Assembly: GCA_965209085.1 (NCBI GenBank)
Contig: OZ242376.1
Location: forward strand, 928,001 to 992,000
Direction of reading: 5' to 3'
Length of the DNA stretch: 64,000 nucleotides
Source: Nitrosopumilaceae archaeon
GTDB taxonomy: Archaea > Thermoproteota > Nitrososphaeria > Nitrososphaerales > Nitrosopumilaceae
Below the pieces are notes generated by a model. That model saw only the letters and a list, made by a program, of their open reading frames with translations. It had not been told where the DNA came from and searched no databases. The translations under genes were made by a program, and so were the position numbers. Positions 59,474-64,000 of the stretch are shown piece after piece. Within the stretch, counting starts at the first letter, position 1, and the number at the start of each line of letters is the position of its first letter.

Positions 59474-60298
59474 ATGCTCAGCAGTGTATATCTTGACGCG
59501 GTTCGCAGAAAGGATGAGACCATGTCAGTATTGAAAAATTCATCATACGGGGATATTGTAAAAAGAGCCAAAGATGGTTGGAGTGAATATCTGCCAAGCA
59601 TGGCAGATTCGAACATTATAGGCATAGATGCAAGTTATAACAGTATAAAATATCAGGGGCTTGATCTGTGGGTCGTAACTGCAGTGGCCGTTGGGGCAGA
59701 TAATTCGGTAATATGCGAGCTGCATGATAACGGACTGGGTCTTGTAAAAAACAACCTGTCTCCAATGGCAAACCGTATGGAAATAAAGGCGTGTGAGGGT
59801 TCTCTTGGCAGCGCTGATTTGATTCTCATGGACGGGACAATACACTCAAAGGTATCAGACGAGTCTGCAATTCCAAAGATTTTTTTGGAGAATGCCAATA
59901 TTGTATTTGTATCAAAAAGCTCCGATACGCGCAATGAATTTGAAAAATTCAACTCTGTGGCGGGGGATATTTTTTACTATGGGCATGCTAGCAGAAAGGC
60001 AGGGTATAGCCGCATCCAAACAGATCAAAGATACGGTTTAGATTGCGAGGTTGTGTCTTTTTTTCTAAGGCTCTCAGAATCGCAACCGCTTTTAAAAATA
60101 GAATTATGCCGCAAAGGATTTACCGAGGATGACGTGAAAAAACTGGCAGACTGTATGTATAAAAACAGCGTCATGGGATATCCGTATTCCCTGCGGCTTG
60201 CACATGAGAGCTGCAAAATAAGTGCAGCAGACATGCAAAGATTTGCCAGACTGCACGGACTTGGAAATGAGACAGGCTCTCGGGAGGTTTTGAATTGA
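59474..60298 (+). CDS. nurA: DNA double-strand-break repair nuclease NurA
   Basis: GIDAS, LMDGT, SKSS, GYPYSLRLAH; operon context. Confidence 0.88.
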   Translation: MLSSVYLDAVRRKDETMSVLKNSSYGDIVKRAKDGWSEYLPSMADSNIIGIDASYNSIKYQGLDLWVVTAVAVGADNSVICELHDNGLGLVKNNLSPMANRMEIKACEGSLGSADLILMDGTIHSKVSDESAIPKIFLENANIVFVSKSSDTRNEFEKFNSVAGDIFYYGHASRKAGYSRIQTDQRYGLDCEVVSFFLRLSESQPLLKIELCRKGFTEDDVKKLADCMYKNSVMGYPYSLRLAHESCKISAADMQRFARLHGLGNETGSREVLN

Positions 60299-61824
60299 AC
60301 ATTGGATATGTTGCAGGAGAGTCCACCCCGTCTTCTGTTGAGGCAATCACCTCATCTGCCCTCTCGGTTGGAAAATACGTAGTGGTGGGATTTGGAGCAA
60401 ATGGCATACTCGGACTAGTCGAGCATTCCAAAGTGTCAAGCTCGGCAATGGATATTGCAAAAGATTATCGTTCAGCACACGAGGCAACACAGGTATCCAG
60501 CATAGACTTGCGCGATAAAAAATACGTATCCAAAATAATGCTGCTTGGTGCACTAGAGACTCTGCAAAAAGAAAATCCGCGTCTGCCTGATGTCCCGCCA
60601 GAACCTGGCACGCCCATATACGAGGCGCACAGTAAGGATCTCAAGGACATATTTAGCCCAGAGGGAGAAAAATGGGCAAAAGTTGGAACGCTGCTCCGCG
60701 ATCCTATGACTGTCTCAAAAATTAATGTAAACAAAATAGTTTCAAGACACCTTGGAATACTGGCCATGACTGGAATGGGCAAAAGCAACCTTGTATCGCT
60801 TCTTGCCAAAAGAATCGGCCAGATGAACGGAACAGTCGTGATATTTGATTATCATGACGATTACGTCTCCTTGAAGCTCAAAAACGTGAGCGCCATGGAG
60901 GCTAAAATAAATCCAAGGCTGCTTGATCCGGACTCTCTTGCCGAAGTGCTTGAAATCCGCGAGAATGCAAGCGTACAGCAGCGCATACTGCGCATGGCGT
61001 TTACCTCCCAGGTCAGAAAAAGCGGGGACTTTTGGGGTGCGTTGGATGGACAGGTGGATCTTGTATCAAACACGGATGAAAAAAACCGCAGAGAATACAT
61101 GCATTCGGGCAGGCGCGTTAGAGATAAAATAGAAGATGCCCGTCGCAATTATTCAGACGTATTGGATCCGGGTGTGATTGATCCTGTAAGTTTAATCCGC
61201 GAGGGGCGCATAAACGTGATCAGCATATCAAGTCTTACTGAAAAACAGGCAAACGTCGCAGTATCGCACTATCTGCAGGAGATTCTAGCTGACAGGAAAA
61301 AATCAACGCGCATGTCTCAGCCAACCTCAAAGGGTTCACGTTCCTTGAGGTTTTCAATGCCGGTCATGGCAGTATTAGAAGAGGCGCACGTCTTTATTCC
61401 AAAGGGCGAGGATACGCGGGCAAAATACTGGGCATCGCGCATAGCAAGGGAGGGCAGAAAATTCGGCATAGGACTTGCCATAGTATCGCAAAGACCCAGA
61501 AGCATAGATCCTGCAATTCTTGGACAAATGGGTTCGCTTGCAGTTATGCGTCTAGTACAGCAAGATGATCAAAGCCAGGTGGCATCAGCTGCTGAATCAA
61601 TAAGCGAGGGACTGGTAAAACAGCTTGGATCCCTAAACGTTGGGGACGCACTCCTCGTAGGCCAGTGGGTCCGGCTCCCATCAGCTGTCCACATTGATGC
61701 AGTACCTGAAAAAATTGCAGGAGATGATCATGACGCAGTCTCACAATGGAATGCTGAAAAAGAATATGCAAAAACTGCCAGCGTATCCACACAAAAGCTC
61801 ATACGGCGGGATCTGATGGATTGA
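60295..61824 (+). CDS. herA: DNA repair ATPase/helicase HerA
   Basis: RHLGILAMTGMGKS, LEEAH, AREGRKFG, SQRP. Confidence 0.92.
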   Translation: MNIGYVAGESTPSSVEAITSSALSVGKYVVVGFGANGILGLVEHSKVSSSAMDIAKDYRSAHEATQVSSIDLRDKKYVSKIMLLGALETLQKENPRLPDVPPEPGTPIYEAHSKDLKDIFSPEGEKWAKVGTLLRDPMTVSKINVNKIVSRHLGILAMTGMGKSNLVSLLAKRIGQMNGTVVIFDYHDDYVSLKLKNVSAMEAKINPRLLDPDSLAEVLEIRENASVQQRILRMAFTSQVRKSGDFWGALDGQVDLVSNTDEKNRREYMHSGRRVRDKIEDARRNYSDVLDPGVIDPVSLIREGRINVISISSLTEKQANVAVSHYLQEILADRKKSTRMSQPTSKGSRSLRFSMPVMAVLEEAHVFIPKGEDTRAKYWASRIAREGRKFGIGLAIVSQRPRSIDPAILGQMGSLAVMRLVQQDDQSQVASAAESISEGLVKQLGSLNVGDALLVGQWVRLPSAVHIDAVPEKIAGDDHDAVSQWNAEKEYAKTASVSTQKLIRRDLMD

Positions 61825-62954
61825 AATTTGCCCACATATCGGATTTACATCTAGGATTCTCCCAGTTTGGAACAGGAGAGCGGGCAGAGGATATTTACAA
61901 GGCGTTCTCTGAGGCAATTAAAATTTCCATGAATGAAAAAGTTGATTTTGTCGTATTTGCCGGCGACATATTTCACACTCCCACGCCTGATGGCACTGCA
62001 ATAATGAACATGGCGCACGCGCTAAAAAAACTTCAAAATATGCAGATTCCGGCATACTTTATCCTAGGCGATCATGACATAAGCCACGCAATGCTGCATC
62101 CTGTGCCGTTTGTATACGACAAACTAGGATATGCTGTACATGTCGGATTAAAGCCAGCATACTACAAAGGAGTAATGATAGCCGGCGTTGATAAAATGCG
62201 CAAAGGAGAGGTTGAGGAGCGTAAAGATTATCTTGCAGAGCTTGACAAGATTGCCGCGCTTCACAAGGGTCCGCGCATACTGTTGGCCCATCAGGGAATC
62301 ATCGAGGTGGACAAATTTGCATCAGAAATTTCAGCATCAGATCTTCCAAGAAATTTTGACTATTATGCAATGGGTCACATACATGAGAATTCTGAATGGA
62401 ATTTTGATTTTCTTGGCGGACCGCTTGCGTATCCGGGGTCCATAGAGGTTGTCGGCAGCGAGGGGGTAAAAGATGCAAAAAAAGGGTTTTACATTGTAGA
62501 GATGGTTTCAGGCAAGGCATCTTTAAAATGGACGCAGCTTGAAACACGGCAGCAGATTGTAATACATACTGATGCTGAATCCCTGGAGGATGAAATGGAC
62601 AAACTAGTAGATGAGATAGATCAGAGCGGTAAAAAACCCATAGTTGATTTGCGCCTGAGCGGGGTTGCAAATCCTGAAATTGTAAGAGCACAGCTTGCCC
62701 GGCTAGAGGGGAGGGTGTTTCACACATCATGGAGGGAGCAGCAGGATGATTCAAGTCCTGATATGCTGCTCTTGCGGCCCTCTGATACAGAATCAGAAAT
62801 GCTGCGTTTGGCATCAGAGTCTTTAGGTTCTGTAAATCTTGCCAGATTTGCAGTCATTGAACTCTTGAAGCCTTTGGCGTGCGCAAATATGGAAGAGGTT
62901 GGACGCATAATTTTAAACGAGTATGAAAATTACAAAAAGAGGCACCCATTATGA
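61821..62954 (+). CDS. mre11: Mre11 nuclease
   Basis: HISDLHLG, AGDIF, GDHD, MGHIH, YPGS. Confidence 0.9.
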   Translation: MKFAHISDLHLGFSQFGTGERAEDIYKAFSEAIKISMNEKVDFVVFAGDIFHTPTPDGTAIMNMAHALKKLQNMQIPAYFILGDHDISHAMLHPVPFVYDKLGYAVHVGLKPAYYKGVMIAGVDKMRKGEVEERKDYLAELDKIAALHKGPRILLAHQGIIEVDKFASEISASDLPRNFDYYAMGHIHENSEWNFDFLGGPLAYPGSIEVVGSEGVKDAKKGFYIVEMVSGKASLKWTQLETRQQIVIHTDAESLEDEMDKLVDEIDQSGKKPIVDLRLSGVANPEIVRAQLARLEGRVFHTSWREQQDDSSPDMLLLRPSDTESEMLRLASESLGSVNLARFAVIELLKPLACANMEEVGRIILNEYENYKKRHPL

Positions 62955-64000
62955 TAGAGTCAATTAAGATTATGGATTTTCTATCACACAAGAATACTGA
63001 AATATGTCTTGGAAATAGTACGTCAGTATTTGTAGGAAATAACGGATCTGGCAAATCAAGCGTGGTGGATGCAATTACGTTTGCGCTTTTTGGAAAACAT
63101 ACAAGAAAAAACAACAGGGGGCTGGTGCGCCGCGGTGCAAGTTCAGCATTTGTGCAGGTGATCTTTACAGTAGAGGGTACAAGGTATATGGCCAGCAGAA
63201 AGATAGGCGCAAAAGGCGAGGCGAATGCTACACTGCAGATGCACGATGGTGTACAATGGCAGGTGCTCATAACAGGAGAGCGCAGGCAGTTTGGCGAATC
63301 CATGACAAGCAGAGTTGAGGAGATACTTGGGATGGATTATGAAAAACTCCTCATTGCCGGAATCGTACAGCAGGGTGATTTGGCATTAATAATAGATGAG
63401 AGTCCAAAGAAATTCAAAGAGACGCTCAACGGGATAATAGGCATTGACAAATTGGATACAGCAGCTGCATCCATGGGGGATGCTGTAAAAAAATTCCGCA
63501 CCAATGTGCGCGAAAAACTTGGATTTGATGATTTCTCAATACCAAAGATTGAATCAGAGTTGACAGAGCATGGCAGGGAAACTGTACGTCTTGAGCCCCG
63601 TGTTATGGCGCACAACGAAAGCATGCTGCAGGCAAAAGATGAGGCATCAGAGTTGAAATTAAAACTTGAAAAAGGCAGGGAAAAATTAGATGCGGCAGTG
63701 CAGCTTCGTGCGCACCAGGGGGAGCTTGTAAGGTATGCAAAAGATTTGGCAGAAAAGATGCGCAAAGAGGTAAAATCTGACAGAGAAAAGATAGCCCAGT
63801 GTAAAAAATATCTTCTCATACGGGATTCTGTTCATAGTACAAAATCAGATCTTGAGCGTATAATGCAGCAGGAGATAATGGGCAGAAAATCTGTACAGGA
63901 CCAAAGATCCTCGCTTGCAGGGTTGGAGGAGAAAATGAATCTTGCCAGCTCTATGCATTTAATTGACGGCAAATGCCCCGTGTGCGATTCTGCAGTTTTA
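62951..64000 (+). CDS. rad50: Rad50 SMC-like ATPase, 5' part (runs off window)
   Basis: MIESIKIMDFLSH...GNNGSGKSSVVDAI, Q-loop QQG, coiled coil, zinc hook CPVC near the window end. Confidence 0.9.
   Translation, partial: MIESIKIMDFLSHKNTEICLGNSTSVFVGNNGSGKSSVVDAITFALFGKHTRKNNRGLVRRGASSAFVQVIFTVEGTRYMASRKIGAKGEANATLQMHDGVQWQVLITGERRQFGESMTSRVEEILGMDYEKLLIAGIVQQGDLALIIDESPKKFKETLNGIIGIDKLDTAAASMGDAVKKFRTNVREKLGFDDFSIPKIESELTEHGRETVRLEPRVMAHNESMLQAKDEASELKLKLEKGREKLDAAVQLRAHQGELVRYAKDLAEKMRKEVKSDREKIAQCKKYLLIRDSVHSTKSDLERIMQQEIMGRKSVQDQRSSLAGLEEKMNLASSMHLIDGKCPVCDSAVL

Noticed and set aside
379-63819. Numerous antisense or overlapping ORFs and long N-terminal extensions in the ORF track (e.g. 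53407-54171, 46894-47637, 12901, 37438, 50793)
   Set aside because: They shadow well-supported genes and carry no recognisable motifs.

Overview
This window looks like the chromosome of an ammonia-oxidising archaeon (Nitrososphaerota, Nitrosopumilaceae-like). The evidence is a thaumarchaeal nirK, a CdvB paralogue, a divergent FtsZ-like gene, split MetH, an archaeal ribosomal operon and nurA-herA-mre11-rad50. The serpins and heavy IS load suggest a host-associated lineage such as a sponge symbiont (inference). Positions 1-20.3 kb and 37.5-64 kb are mostly core genes. Between them is a ~17 kb AT-richer accessory island just upstream of rpl3. Most of it (21441-37459) is bounded by IS5/IS903-type inverted repeats and an exact 9-bp target duplication (TGTTCACCC), as in a composite transposon or cointegrate. 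Its cargo is secreted protease plus putative inhibitor pairs. The first is a multidomain S1-type serine protease overlapping a serpin. A ~2 kb inverted copy of that protease C-terminus and serpin differs mainly at the protease active-site loops and the serpin reactive-centre loop. The second pair is an unannotated metzincin gene, split by two IS copies, coupled to a TIMP/NTR-like secreted protein. The island also holds IS110/IS1111 elements with a structured non-coding end, IS3 and IS630 remnants, and a DprA gene. No rRNA, tRNA or CRISPR array was recognised. All assignments were made by eye, without database searches.
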